Below are positions 38,593 to 47,620 of a stretch of 64,000 bases of DNA, one piece after another. The notes beneath the pieces are model-generated. The model was not told the origin of the DNA, ran no database searches, and saw nothing but the letters and a program-made list of their open reading frames with translations. Position 1 is the first letter of the stretch, and each line of letters starts with the position of its first letter. The position numbers were made by a program, and so were the translations under genes. The DNA comes from a virus: positions 15,719 to 79,718 of IMG/VR virus record IMGVR_UViG_3300024259_002316, one strand, 5' to 3'.

Positions 38593-38979
38593 ATGGATAA
38601 AAGAAAAAAAAGATTTAATTGGTACACTTGGTTTATTATTCTATGTATAGCATATGCTACCTATGGAATAACTAGAGCAATAGCTTCGAAAATAAATACA
38701 AATAGAATCATAGAAGATATTAGAATACTAACAATATTCCATCCTGATTTTAACGAAAAAGATCGACCTTACTTAAAAAGATTTTTTATAGAAAATAAAG
38801 GATGGTGGGGCCAAAAAGTTTGGACAAGAAATCAACATGTTAAAGATGAGAATAGAGAATTATATAATAAACTACTACAATATAACGAAAAAAAGCTAAA
38901 AGAATTGGACAATGAAACAAATAGACGTGTTGAAGAACATGGAAAAACATATAGAACAAAATTCGAGCAAGGATTGTAA
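38593..38979 (+). CDS. Hypothetical membrane-anchored protein
   Basis: N-terminal hydrophobic helix. Confidence 0.55.
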   Translation: MDKRKKRFNWYTWFIILCIAYATYGITRAIASKINTNRIIEDIRILTIFHPDFNEKDRPYLKRFFIENKGWWGQKVWTRNQHVKDENRELYNKLLQYNEKKLKELDNETNRRVEEHGKTYRTKFEQGL

Positions 38980-38999
38980 AAAATAAAGATAAGAAATTA

Positions 39000-39653
39000 G
39001 TGAAACAATACCTAGAAATACAAGGACCAAACAAAGCCCCCAGAGAAAATTGTATTGCTTTCTACAAACATGATGGAAGCAACATAAGAGCAGAATGGTC
39101 TCGCAAAAGAAGTTGGTATAAATTTGGCAGTAGAAAAGTTCTTATAGATAAGACACATGATTTAGGAGAAGCAGTAGATATATTTCTTAATACCTATGGG
39201 GATGATTTAGAATATATTTTTAAACAAGATAAAAATTTTAGAAGCTGTCAAAATGTGACAGTATTTGGAGAATTCTTTGGTAAAAATAGTTTCGCAGGAC
39301 AACATGAAGAAAATGATCCAAAAGAAATAGTTCTTTTCGATGTTAATATTCATAAAAAAGGAATAATGTCTCCTACCGATTTTATAAAAATATTTGGGCA
39401 TTTAAAAATTCCCGAAATTATTTATCAAGGCAAATTTAATGAAAGTTTTATCCAAAATGTCAAAGAAGGAAAATATCCTGTGGAAGAAGGAATAGTGGCA
39501 AAAGGACTTCTTCCTCATGGCAAACCTCCGCATAACCTATGGATGGCAAAAGTAAAAACAAAAGCATGGATAGAAAAACTAAAAAGAGAATATGAGATTT
39601 ATCCCGAAAAATTTAAGAATGTATTAAAAGATAATTTACAGGAGCAAACGTAA
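39000..39653 (+). CDS. ATP-dependent RNA ligase-like (Rnl2-type adenylation domain)
   Basis: Motif I KHDGSN, FGEFFG, LFDV, EEGIVAK, MAKVK; GTG start. Confidence 0.75.
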   Translation: MKQYLEIQGPNKAPRENCIAFYKHDGSNIRAEWSRKRSWYKFGSRKVLIDKTHDLGEAVDIFLNTYGDDLEYIFKQDKNFRSCQNVTVFGEFFGKNSFAGQHEENDPKEIVLFDVNIHKKGIMSPTDFIKIFGHLKIPEIIYQGKFNESFIQNVKEGKYPVEEGIVAKGLLPHGKPPHNLWMAKVKTKAWIEKLKREYEIYPEKFKNVLKDNLQEQT

Positions 39654-40183
39654 TGGAAGATATGCAGAGAATAAGTGGTTTTGAATGTCATGGCGCAAAT
39701 GGAAGCTTTAAAGGTTCTGTTTTTATAGAGTCTAAAAAATATGATGCTCTATTAAAAGAGATAAAAGATAATATATCTTTCGAAGCTTCTGAGCATTTGC
39801 GATCACTCCAAAGTTTGATTGAAATGGAATGGGCTAAAGAGAATGAAACTGATAAACGTAACGATCATGCAGAGGAGTTAGAGAATCTATTTAAATCAGC
39901 AGGATTTGATCCAATTTACGTTAAGACAATAAACAATGAATACTGTGGAAAAGCATGTTGTTATAAATATCCTTGGATTATTGTTACTACCAGGAAAGGA
40001 AATATTAAACTTGGATGGAGAAAGAGCGTAATGAATCTCGACTGGTCAGATTCAGATATTAACGTTGATGGTAATGAAATATTTAAATATGAAAAAGGAA
40101 CGAGAGGAACGAATTATATTCATTGTTGGGGCAAAGATAAAGCTGTTGAATATTTGAAAAAACTTAACTCTGAGAAAGGATAA
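39653..40183 (+). CDS. Hypothetical protein
   Basis: 176-aa coupled ORF. Confidence 0.65.
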   Translation: MEDMQRISGFECHGANGSFKGSVFIESKKYDALLKEIKDNISFEASEHLRSLQSLIEMEWAKENETDKRNDHAEELENLFKSAGFDPIYVKTINNEYCGKACCYKYPWIIVTTRKGNIKLGWRKSVMNLDWSDSDINVDGNEIFKYEKGTRGTNYIHCWGKDKAVEYLKKLNSEKG

Positions 40184-40186
40184 ACG

Positions 40187-41371
40187 ATGAAGAAAATACT
40201 TATTACAGGCGGTCCAGTCCATGCTTATCTTGATGATGTAAAAATCATTACAAATAGATTCAAAGGTGGGCTAATGGCTGACCTTGCAGAAAAATTTATT
40301 AAAATGAGCCATTATACATCTATTTCTAAAGATAGAATACATGTGACATATCTTTGTTCCAAGGATTCCAAACAACCTAGGAATATAGTAAATAGCGATC
40401 CTAATAAACCATGTGAAGAAATTACTCCTTATCTCACGGTAGTCTATCATAATGGTATTGATGACTATATAGGCAAAGTGTTATGTCTTGCTCCACAAAT
40501 GGACGCTATAATCCTGGGAGCAGCAGTCGCTAATCTTGTCCCAAAAGACAGAATCACAGGAAAATTTCCCAGTCATGATTATAAGATTGGAGATACTATC
40601 CCTATTGATTTTACAATAGCACCAAGAGTTATTGATGCAGTAAAAGAGGTTAATCCAAATGTCCATCTATTTGGGTTTAAACTTCTTTCTGGTGTTGATT
40701 ATTATGAGCTTGTAAGAGCCGCTTATGGAGTTTTGTTAGAGTCTAAAGCAGTAACAGTTTTTGCTAACGATGCAAAAGATTTAATGCAAAAATATGCTGT
40801 AACAAAAGAAAGAGGTGTCCACCCTCTTCATAATGATGAATTGCCACAATGGATTTTAGATAGAATGAATGAAAAATATTATTCTACTAAAACTGCTGAA
40901 CTTCCTATGACTGATAAAATGAAAGAGGGAAAACTTGAGTTGATGAAAATTTTAGCAGAGCATAGACATTCTTTTGTCAAAACAGATGAAGGATATGTGT
41001 TTGGTTCAGGAGCATTACTGTTAGAGAAAGACCCTTTGAGATTTGTAACTACAGCTAGAGGAAAAGAAGAATGGGAAGATTTTGTTTTTGTAGATGCTGT
41101 GAATCATGATAATAGAAAGGTGTTTTGCACACCCCATAAAAAAGCATCTTTAAACGCTCCTCTTTTTCATTATATGTTTAGCCATTTAGCTGACATAAAA
41201 TATATTCTTCATTTCCACCATCAAAGAGCAGGACTTATAACTCTAGACTATGCTACTCCTGGAACTGATCAAGATTCAACTATGAGGACATTGTTACCAT
41301 ATCGTTCCTTTAATATTAAAGGTCATGGATGCATCCTTTCCTATGGTGAAAATGGAGAATTATTGAAATGA
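40187..41371 (+). CDS. CoaB-like (phosphopantothenate-cysteine ligase) domain fused to class II aldolase-like domain
   Basis: KILITGGP....LDDVKIITNRFKG, IILGAAVAN, LFGFKL, VFAND; C-terminal F.TTARGK...ASLNAP...ILHFHH...PGT...KGHG. Confidence 0.65.
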   Translation: MKKILITGGPVHAYLDDVKIITNRFKGGLMADLAEKFIKMSHYTSISKDRIHVTYLCSKDSKQPRNIVNSDPNKPCEEITPYLTVVYHNGIDDYIGKVLCLAPQMDAIILGAAVANLVPKDRITGKFPSHDYKIGDTIPIDFTIAPRVIDAVKEVNPNVHLFGFKLLSGVDYYELVRAAYGVLLESKAVTVFANDAKDLMQKYAVTKERGVHPLHNDELPQWILDRMNEKYYSTKTAELPMTDKMKEGKLELMKILAEHRHSFVKTDEGYVFGSGALLLEKDPLRFVTTARGKEEWEDFVFVDAVNHDNRKVFCTPHKKASLNAPLFHYMFSHLADIKYILHFHHQRAGLITLDYATPGTDQDSTMRTLLPYRSFNIKGHGCILSYGENGELLK

Positions 41372-42030
41372 GATATTTATCTTGCTGTGAATACGAAAAA
41401 ATATATCAAAGATATATTAATCCTGATAATGTGTATCAAATGATGAGTTTGGCAGGAGATTATCAGGGCAAAAGTTTTTTAGATCTTTGTTGCGGAGGTG
41501 GAGCCGCTACTCAAGACGCGATAAGAAGAGGAGCTTCTTTTTGTGCAATGGTTGACCAAGAAAAAAGAATGATACCTGACAAATTCTTTAAGTCTGACAA
41601 TATAGAAATTTTTGATTGTTCTATTTTTCAAAGTTTTTATCAGATGGAGCAAAAAATACCATCTAAACAATTTGATATCGTTTTTTGCCGACAAGGAGTT
41701 AATTATTGGTTAAATCCTAAAATGATAGAACTACTAGATTGTTTTATCTCCCCAGGAGGTGTTTTTATATTTAACACGTTTAATACAAAACCATCAAAAG
41801 AACCAGTAGTTAAAGAATATAAAATTAGGGGAGTAAGTTTTGTCGAAGTTAGTTATATAGCAGGTATCGATGTTGTATATCATATACAAATAAGAGAAGG
41901 ATATGAACCTCATATGACACAATTTGGGTGGATAAGTGAAGAAAAATTTCGACAAAGTTTTGGAGACAAATATGATATAGAAATAGTTAAAAGAGGCAAA
42001 ACAGATATTTATAAATGTGTAAAGAAATAA
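41368..42030 (+). CDS. Class I SAM-dependent methyltransferase
   Basis: FLDLCCGGG, MVD, FDIVFCRQ, PGGVFIF. Confidence 0.8.
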   Translation: MRYLSCCEYEKIYQRYINPDNVYQMMSLAGDYQGKSFLDLCCGGGAATQDAIRRGASFCAMVDQEKRMIPDKFFKSDNIEIFDCSIFQSFYQMEQKIPSKQFDIVFCRQGVNYWLNPKMIELLDCFISPGGVFIFNTFNTKPSKEPVVKEYKIRGVSFVEVSYIAGIDVVYHIQIREGYEPHMTQFGWISEEKFRQSFGDKYDIEIVKRGKTDIYKCVKK

Positions 42031-42051
42031 TAGTGTTGTAAGGAATAAATT

Positions 42052-42267
42052 ATGAATTGGACCGAAATTGTTATAATAATATATACTTTTTTATTGTTTT
42101 TATATGCCTGTTTTTTGACATGTAGAGTAACTTACATACAAGAATTAGAAGAACAAAATATAAAAGATAAATATGAAAAAAGAACAAATTTACATGTAAA
42201 AATATATTATATAGCAGCAGGCGCTTTGATGACTATGATTGTTGTTTTTGATAAATGTTTTAAATAA
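42052..42267 (+). CDS. Small membrane protein
   Basis: Two hydrophobic segments; AAGGA RBS. Confidence 0.5.
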   Translation: MNWTEIVIIIYTFLLFLYACFLTCRVTYIQELEEQNIKDKYEKRTNLHVKIYYIAAGALMTMIVVFDKCFK

Positions 42268-42280
42268 GAGAAAGAAAAAA

Positions 42281-43051
42281 ATGGATTACCAATTAGAAAT
42301 ATATAATGTATCTCAATGGATGAAAAACTACGCTGAAAAAGCAGGTAGCGATGGCTATGTGGTTGGACTAAGTGGGGGCATCGATTCCGCTGTTGTCGCC
42401 TGTCTTGCCGTAAAAGCTCTTGGCAAAGACAATGTTATCGGAGTATCAATTCCATGTCAAACAAAAGACGAAAGCATGCAAGATGCTGCATATCTTTCCA
42501 TGGATCTCGGGATTGCTTTAAGAGTCTTTCCGATTGATGAAGCATACGAAAATTTCTATAGCAGACTTTTACCTGGAAAGAAGGAAACGCACCAATTGAC
42601 TCAGGCCAATATGAAAGCAAGACTCAGAATGACTGTTTTGTATATGATGGCCAATCAATTTAATTATCTTGTTGCTGGCACAGGAAATCTATCAGAGTTG
42701 ATGGTGGGTTATTGTACCAAATATGGAGATGGGGGAGTTGATATAGAATCATTAGGAAACTACTACAAATCAGAAGTATATAAGATGGCAGAACTTATGC
42801 CAGAGATACCTGATTCTACTAAAACAAAAGCTCCATCCGCCGACCTGTGGGAGGGGCAAACTGACGAAGAAGAACTTGGGATGAGTTATGTTGAACTAGA
42901 TACTATCCTTAGAGACATAAATCGGCAAGGTCTAGTTTTGCCATCGACAATACTTGCTTTAGGAGAAGAAAAAACTGGTAGAGTTCAATCTATGATCAAA
43001 ACTGCTGAGCACAAAAACAATACTCCGCCCAGATATAAAAGAAATTCCTAA
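42281..43051 (+). CDS. nadE: NH3-dependent NAD+ synthetase (start revised)
   Basis: GLSGGIDSAVVA, NMKARLRM, GTGNLSE, GYCTKYGDG, KAPSADLWEGQTDEEELG; no glutaminase domain. Confidence 0.93.
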   Translation: MDYQLEIYNVSQWMKNYAEKAGSDGYVVGLSGGIDSAVVACLAVKALGKDNVIGVSIPCQTKDESMQDAAYLSMDLGIALRVFPIDEAYENFYSRLLPGKKETHQLTQANMKARLRMTVLYMMANQFNYLVAGTGNLSELMVGYCTKYGDGGVDIESLGNYYKSEVYKMAELMPEIPDSTKTKAPSADLWEGQTDEEELGMSYVELDTILRDINRQGLVLPSTILALGEEKTGRVQSMIKTAEHKNNTPPRYKRNS

Positions 43052-43055
43052 TATT

Positions 43056-43283
43056 ATGATTGAATCAAAATGTCCAAAATGTGAAAAACACTTTAGGTCA
43101 GAACTTTTTGATAGTTCATCGAGATTTAAAGATAAAGATAAATTTAATTATTGGTATATTACCCATGCTCGCGACTTTTCTCAAGATAATAAACTACGAG
43201 AAGGGTACGTATTAAGATGCCACCACTGTAATCAGATATTTGAAATAAAATTTGATCCTGTGCAAGACGAAAAGGAAAAATGA
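43056..43283 (+). CDS. Small zinc-ribbon protein
   Basis: CPKC...CHHC. Confidence 0.6.
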   Translation: MIESKCPKCEKHFRSELFDSSSRFKDKDKFNYWYITHARDFSQDNKLREGYVLRCHHCNQIFEIKFDPVQDEKEK

Positions 43284-43597
43284 AAATGGCATTAGATGAA
43301 ATTAAAAAGAAAATAGCTCTTTTTATTGGAGATCTTAATGAGTATCAAAGTTATTTATATGATAGATGGGTTGATGAAAAAGAACCTAAAAATTTTACCT
43401 TTTATGCTGATAGTACGAAAGCTGAATTTGAAAAAAATAAAAAAGTAAATTGTAAAACCTCTGTATTCGTTAGTTTTAATAAAGAACCTTTTGGCTTCAC
43501 TTTTGACTTTGAAGGATTAAGAGTTAATATCTATTATTATTTTGATTCCGAAGCTGGATTGCATTATTGGGGATGGGGAACAAATCCTACACCTTAA
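43280..43597 (+). CDS. Hypothetical protein
   Basis: 105-aa coupled ORF. Confidence 0.55.
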   Translation: MKMALDEIKKKIALFIGDLNEYQSYLYDRWVDEKEPKNFTFYADSTKAEFEKNKKVNCKTSVFVSFNKEPFGFTFDFEGLRVNIYYYFDSEAGLHYWGWGTNPTP

Positions 43598-43623
43598 TAA
43601 AAACTAGAAATATGAATACAAAA

Positions 43624-43705
43624 ACTAACCATCTAAGAATACTCAAAGATGGTTAGTCTCTATAAAATCAAAATAGATTTTCCCTGTTAGGGGGATCTAT
43701 TTTGT
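43624..43705. terminator. Two hairpins between convergent genes (bidirectional terminator candidate)
   Basis: ACTAACCATCT/AGATGGTTAGT and CAAAATAGAT/ATCTATTTTG inverted repeats. Confidence 0.65.
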
Positions 43706-44637
43706 TCTCTATTTACTTTCGCATATCGCCACAGACTAGACATTTTACTCTTTTTCTTTTGAACCATATCTATAGTAGTTTTGCTTTGGATGCCGTCCAT
43801 GATTCCTGTTTCTCCTGGCCCTCCAAATAGTTTCTTTCTGTCATCATCGTCAAGTTGTTCTTGAGTTATTTCAACAGTATCAACAACTTCATTAAAAGCT
43901 CTTTTTTGTATAATTATATTATAAACAAATACTCCTACTAGTGCTGCTAATATAATTCCTCCGCCTATTACCACATAGACAAAATAAGCTTCTACAAATA
44001 TGGCGATAGACATAACCACAATACACATAGCAGCAAGAGTGAGGCTTAATTTACTATTATACATAAAGCCAAAAACTCCCAATGCTCCTGCTCCAACTAT
44101 AGATGCAAGAATTAGCCATTTTATAGCTCTATGGATAGCAGCGTCCCTTTCATTCTCTGCTTTTATCTTTGCTTCTATGGCTTGGTCTCTTTCTTGAGCC
44201 ATAGTTTCTAAGGCTTTTTCTATAGTTGCTATTTTTTCCTTCGCATTTACTAATAATCTTTCAGCCCCCGTTATTCCTACTGATGCTTCATTGATTATTT
44301 TAGTGTCTTCAATAATGTTATCAGAGCTTTCTTTAATAGTGTCCAAGTGAGGATCTATATCTTCCCTAGCCTCATCTGGAACTTTCTTTTGAACTTTAGT
44401 TGTTTCATGATTTATTGTTATGGCTTCCTTTGTTATATCTTTAGTCGCCACTTTAATAGCTTTATTGCTTTCTTTTATAGCCTTGTGCGCATCTGTTATG
44501 TCTTTTTTAGGGTTAAGCTCTGGCTTAATAATAGGTGCTTTTTTGCAAAACAGACCAAAAGATGAGCACAAACGACCACAACCCGCTGACCCCATCATAA
44601 ACATACATAGCAACATGATAATAACTTTATTCTTCAT
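43687..44637 (-). CDS. Predicted lipoprotein with coiled coil and C-terminal transmembrane helices
   Basis: Signal peptide ending SAG-C, long heptad region, about 3 TM segments. Confidence 0.6.
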   Translation of the reverse strand: MKNKVIIMLLCMFMMGSAGCGRLCSSFGLFCKKAPIIKPELNPKKDITDAHKAIKESNKAIKVATKDITKEAITINHETTKVQKKVPDEAREDIDPHLDTIKESSDNIIEDTKIINEASVGITGAERLLVNAKEKIATIEKALETMAQERDQAIEAKIKAENERDAAIHRAIKWLILASIVGAGALGVFGFMYNSKLSLTLAAMCIVVMSIAIFVEAYFVYVVIGGGIILAALVGVFVYNIIIQKRAFNEVVDTVEITQEQLDDDDRKKLFGGPGETGIMDGIQSKTTIDMVQKKKSKMSSLWRYAKVNREQNRSP

Positions 44638-44977
44638 TACAATTTCCTTTATCTATAGTGTTTAAATATTCTATAATTGTCCATACAAGTCCAGCCGTAA
44701 TGAGCCCACTAAAAGGCCAGAAGAAATACAAAGAACCTAAAAAACAAGCAATAGTGCCAATAACGATATCAGCGACCAAGGTTGTCCAGAATGACGTGCA
44801 AGTAGTGCATGATAGCATTTCAGGAAGTTTGGGATGAATTTTGCCCATGATTGTCTGCAATTTATCTCTAAATGGCTTAATTGGCCAATCATCTCCCTTT
44901 TCGACTAATAAGATTGCCATCCCGTATCCAAGTATTACGGATATCATTAAACAAATCAAAAATTCAAGCATAGACAA
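44627..44977 (-). CDS. Small membrane protein (DUF1360-like)
   Basis: TM helix, L.C..C.SFW motif, further TM helices. Confidence 0.55.
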   Translation of the reverse strand: MSMLEFLICLMISVILGYGMAILLVEKGDDWPIKPFRDKLQTIMGKIHPKLPEMLSCTTCTSFWTTLVADIVIGTIACFLGSLYFFWPFSGLITAGLVWTIIEYLNTIDKGNCNEE

Positions 44978-45009
44978 ATCTCCTTTGTCAGTTTTTCACA
45001 ATCTTCAGT

Positions 45010-45037
45010 ATTATAGATATTTTGCTTTCACTTTCAA
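45010..45037 (-). promoter_or_regulatory. Sigma-70-like promoter
   Basis: TTGAAA-GTGAAAGCAAAATATC(16)-TATAAT. Confidence 0.55.
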
Positions 45038-45047
45038 ATCTTATTTT

Positions 45048-45076
45048 TGCAGGATTTTGTGAGGTTTTATCGAAAG
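45048..45076 (+). promoter_or_regulatory. Putative late promoter for the long kinase isoform
   Basis: TGCAGGATTTTG-N10-TCGAAAG, 8 nt before ATG 45085. Confidence 0.45.
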
Positions 45077-45084
45077 TATAAAAC

Positions 45085-45600
45085 ATGAATTGGTATAAAA
45101 AAACATTGACAAGTGATTCTCAAAGTGATATTATTTCTCCAATGAAAAAAGAATTTATCATCATGAGGGGAGCCAGTGGATCGGGTAAGTCCTTTCTAGC
45201 TAAACAATTAGCAGGAGAAAATGGGCAAATTTTCTCTGCTGATGACTACTTTATGGACTATCAAGGGAATTATAATTGGGAGGGCAGTGAGATATCTACT
45301 GCTCATAAGTGGAACCATAATCGTATAAAAGAAGCTATAGAAAATGGAATCTCTCCTGTAGTAATGGATAATACCAATATCACGATGTGGGATATGGCTC
45401 AATCAAAACCCATAATACAGCATGCCATGGAAAGAGGATATGATGTCAGAATAGAAGAAACTCAAACTCCTTGGGCCTTTGATCCTAAAGAACTAGCAAA
45501 AAGGAATACTCACGGACTAGATGAGAAAAGAATAGAAAAGCAAATTAGTAGGTGGGCTCCTGACGTTACTGTTGATGATGTGTTAAATTATGAAAAATAA
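45085..45600 (+). CDS. AAA_33/N4BP2-like polynucleotide kinase
   Basis: IMRGASGSGKS, FSADDYF, VVMDNTN, RNTHG. Confidence 0.85.
   Translation: MNWYKKTLTSDSQSDIISPMKKEFIIMRGASGSGKSFLAKQLAGENGQIFSADDYFMDYQGNYNWEGSEISTAHKWNHNRIKEAIENGISPVVMDNTNITMWDMAQSKPIIQHAMERGYDVRIEETQTPWAFDPKELAKRNTHGLDEKRIEKQISRWAPDVTVDDVLNYEK
45106..45134 (+). promoter_or_regulatory. Sigma-70 promoter embedded in the kinase leader
   Basis: TTGACA-17-TATTAT ending 7 nt before in-frame ATG 45142 (Met20). Confidence 0.65.
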
Positions 45601-46114
45601 ATTAAAAAAATGGCCCAATAATTGGGTAGAGCACATGACGGAAACATGTTTTTTCTATTTTGAAGATAAAGAAATATCTTTTATAGATTCAAAGATTCTT
45701 TGTTCGGACAAGACAAAACAAGCTAAAATATATTGTATTTGTTTGACTTTTAAAAAATATAATAAAATATACGATATTTTTATCAATTATGAAGGGTCAT
45801 GTTTTGTAGTAAACTATTATTATAAAAACTATTATAACTTAAAAAGAAAAAAAGAACTAGAACAAGATTTTATTTTTATGATGGACACTTTGCTAAGAGG
45901 GGCTGATAAGGTTGGCTCATTTCTTTATTCTGATTTGGGAGGAGAAGCTTCAAGAGATAATATCACATCTGCTTATAACATAACCCAATCTATAGAAAAT
46001 ACTATTAATTTTCATTCTGACAGAAATGACGATGATGATAATGAAGAAGAGAGAGATCCGATTGAACCTCTCTCTCCGTGCGATATGGTGGAGCCAGAAC
46101 TAATCTGTTCTTAA
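45590..46114 (+). CDS. Hypothetical protein
   Basis: 174-aa coupled ORF. Confidence 0.55.
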   Translation: MKNKLKKWPNNWVEHMTETCFFYFEDKEISFIDSKILCSDKTKQAKIYCICLTFKKYNKIYDIFINYEGSCFVVNYYYKNYYNLKRKKELEQDFIFMMDTLLRGADKVGSFLYSDLGGEASRDNITSAYNITQSIENTINFHSDRNDDDDNEEERDPIEPLSPCDMVEPELICS

Positions 46115-46722
46115 ATTTTTATAGTTTGAGCAAGAATGTCTTTTACTTTGATATTCTCAGTTTGATACCATCCGGTCGGCATGCCCTCAAAACATTGATT
46201 CAGATAAAAACAATAATGATTATACCAATTCTTCCGAGCATGTTCTGTTGATTTTATAATAGCTTTTTTCTCTGTGCCAGACGTAATATTGGCATATCTT
46301 TCTGCTTCTTTATTTATATCTTCTGATTCTTTTTTATTTACGCAAATAGGACCCCAATGAACTAATTTTCTATCACCAGAAATAGCCCAACAATCAATAT
46401 TATATTTGGCAAAAGTTAGAAATTTTTTACTAAATTTTATTGCTAAAGGGTCGTATCCTTGATTTTCTAAATAGTTGTCAGAGCAGATGTTACTAAGTAT
46501 TTTATTGTCTATTGCTAAAAGATCTCCTGAATGAAAAATTGTTTTAGCTAAAACATCTATATCTTTAACTCTAATGTTCGGTTTTGTTATATTTTTAGAA
46601 TATGAACCCCACAAATGAACAGACTTTACTCCTTCTACATCTTTAAGAGAAGAAACAGTTTTTTCGATGTATGGTTTTGCCTCTTTGATTTTAGGCATAC
46701 ACTTTTCGTACCAAGAACTCAA
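46111..46722 (-). CDS. Pol-beta-superfamily nucleotidyltransferase
   Basis: VHLWGSY...KDIDVL; TTG start with GGAG RBS. Confidence 0.7.
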   Translation of the reverse strand: MSSWYEKCMPKIKEAKPYIEKTVSSLKDVEGVKSVHLWGSYSKNITKPNIRVKDIDVLAKTIFHSGDLLAIDNKILSNICSDNYLENQGYDPLAIKFSKKFLTFAKYNIDCWAISGDRKLVHWGPICVNKKESEDINKEAERYANITSGTEKKAIIKSTEHARKNWYNHYCFYLNQCFEGMPTGWYQTENIKVKDILAQTIKI

Positions 46723-46753
46723 TATATGTCTCCATAAGTTATATTATACTTAT

Positions 46754-46782
46754 TATTCGACTAAAATTTTAGTATTCCTTTA
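46754..46782 (-). promoter_or_regulatory. Putative sigma-28-like late promoter
   Basis: TAAAGGAATACT-N10-TCGAATA. Confidence 0.6.
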
Positions 46783-46846
46783 TTGCTAATATGAATTTAG
46801 TAATTTTCCGATATAAGGATATTAACTTTTTAGTAGGATAATTATA

Positions 46847-47614
46847 ATGAAAAAAAAGATATATGATTTTATAGATAATGAAGAAAAATATATTCCTATA
46901 ATAGCAAAAGAAATTATTGAGACATTTAAACAAGAAGCTAATTCTGAAAATGTAGAATATAGTTTTACTATTGATGGAGAAACAAAAGAGATAAAAGAAG
47001 ATAATGCTAACACATATTTTGTTTTTGATACCATCGGGGAAACATGCCTTGATAGTTTTAAGAAATTACTTTTTGATGAAGATTTAGCAGACATAGAAGA
47101 AGAAAGCGACGAAGAAAGACAATTAATGGAAGATGTGAGAAACTTTCTTTTAAAAATATGTAAAGAAATAACAGTTGGTTATAAAAAAGATGTTCAAAAG
47201 ACTATTCGTAGAGTAGTTTTGGGAGACAAATACGGAGAAAAACAGGTTCCTCTTTCAGATATAGAAGTGATATCAATAGATGTGGCAGACTATTCTTCTG
47301 TCCCAGAATCCTATAAATATATTTTGAGAATAGGGAAAGTTCCTCACTCAGAGATAAGTACAGATGAAATTATCAAATTTGTGCAGAATAGACAAGAATT
47401 AACAGGAATGGATATAGATAGTGTATTCTCTATCGAGAAACAAGCAGGTAACCCGTTATTTGACAATGTTTTAGTTATTGAGCCCACAAGAAAGTTCTTA
47501 AATGAAATATCTATTTATCTTTTTGTGGATTATACTATACTAGTAAATGACGAAGAAACTGTAATAAAAGAAAAAAAGAAAAAAGCAAAAAAGAAAAAAA
47601 TACAATCAAGTTAG
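46847..47614 (+). CDS. Hypothetical protein
   Basis: 255-aa ORF with AGGA RBS. Confidence 0.7.
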   Translation: MKKKIYDFIDNEEKYIPIIAKEIIETFKQEANSENVEYSFTIDGETKEIKEDNANTYFVFDTIGETCLDSFKKLLFDEDLADIEEESDEERQLMEDVRNFLLKICKEITVGYKKDVQKTIRRVVLGDKYGEKQVPLSDIEVISIDVADYSSVPESYKYILRIGKVPHSEISTDEIIKFVQNRQELTGMDIDSVFSIEKQAGNPLFDNVLVIEPTRKFLNEISIYLFVDYTILVNDEETVIKEKKKKAKKKKIQSS

Positions 47615-47620
47615 GAAAAA

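Noticed and set aside
46111-46722. The missing NadD/NMNAT of the NAD pathway
   Set aside because: Has the pol-beta GS...DxD motif, not the HxGH Rossmann nucleotidyltransferase signature.
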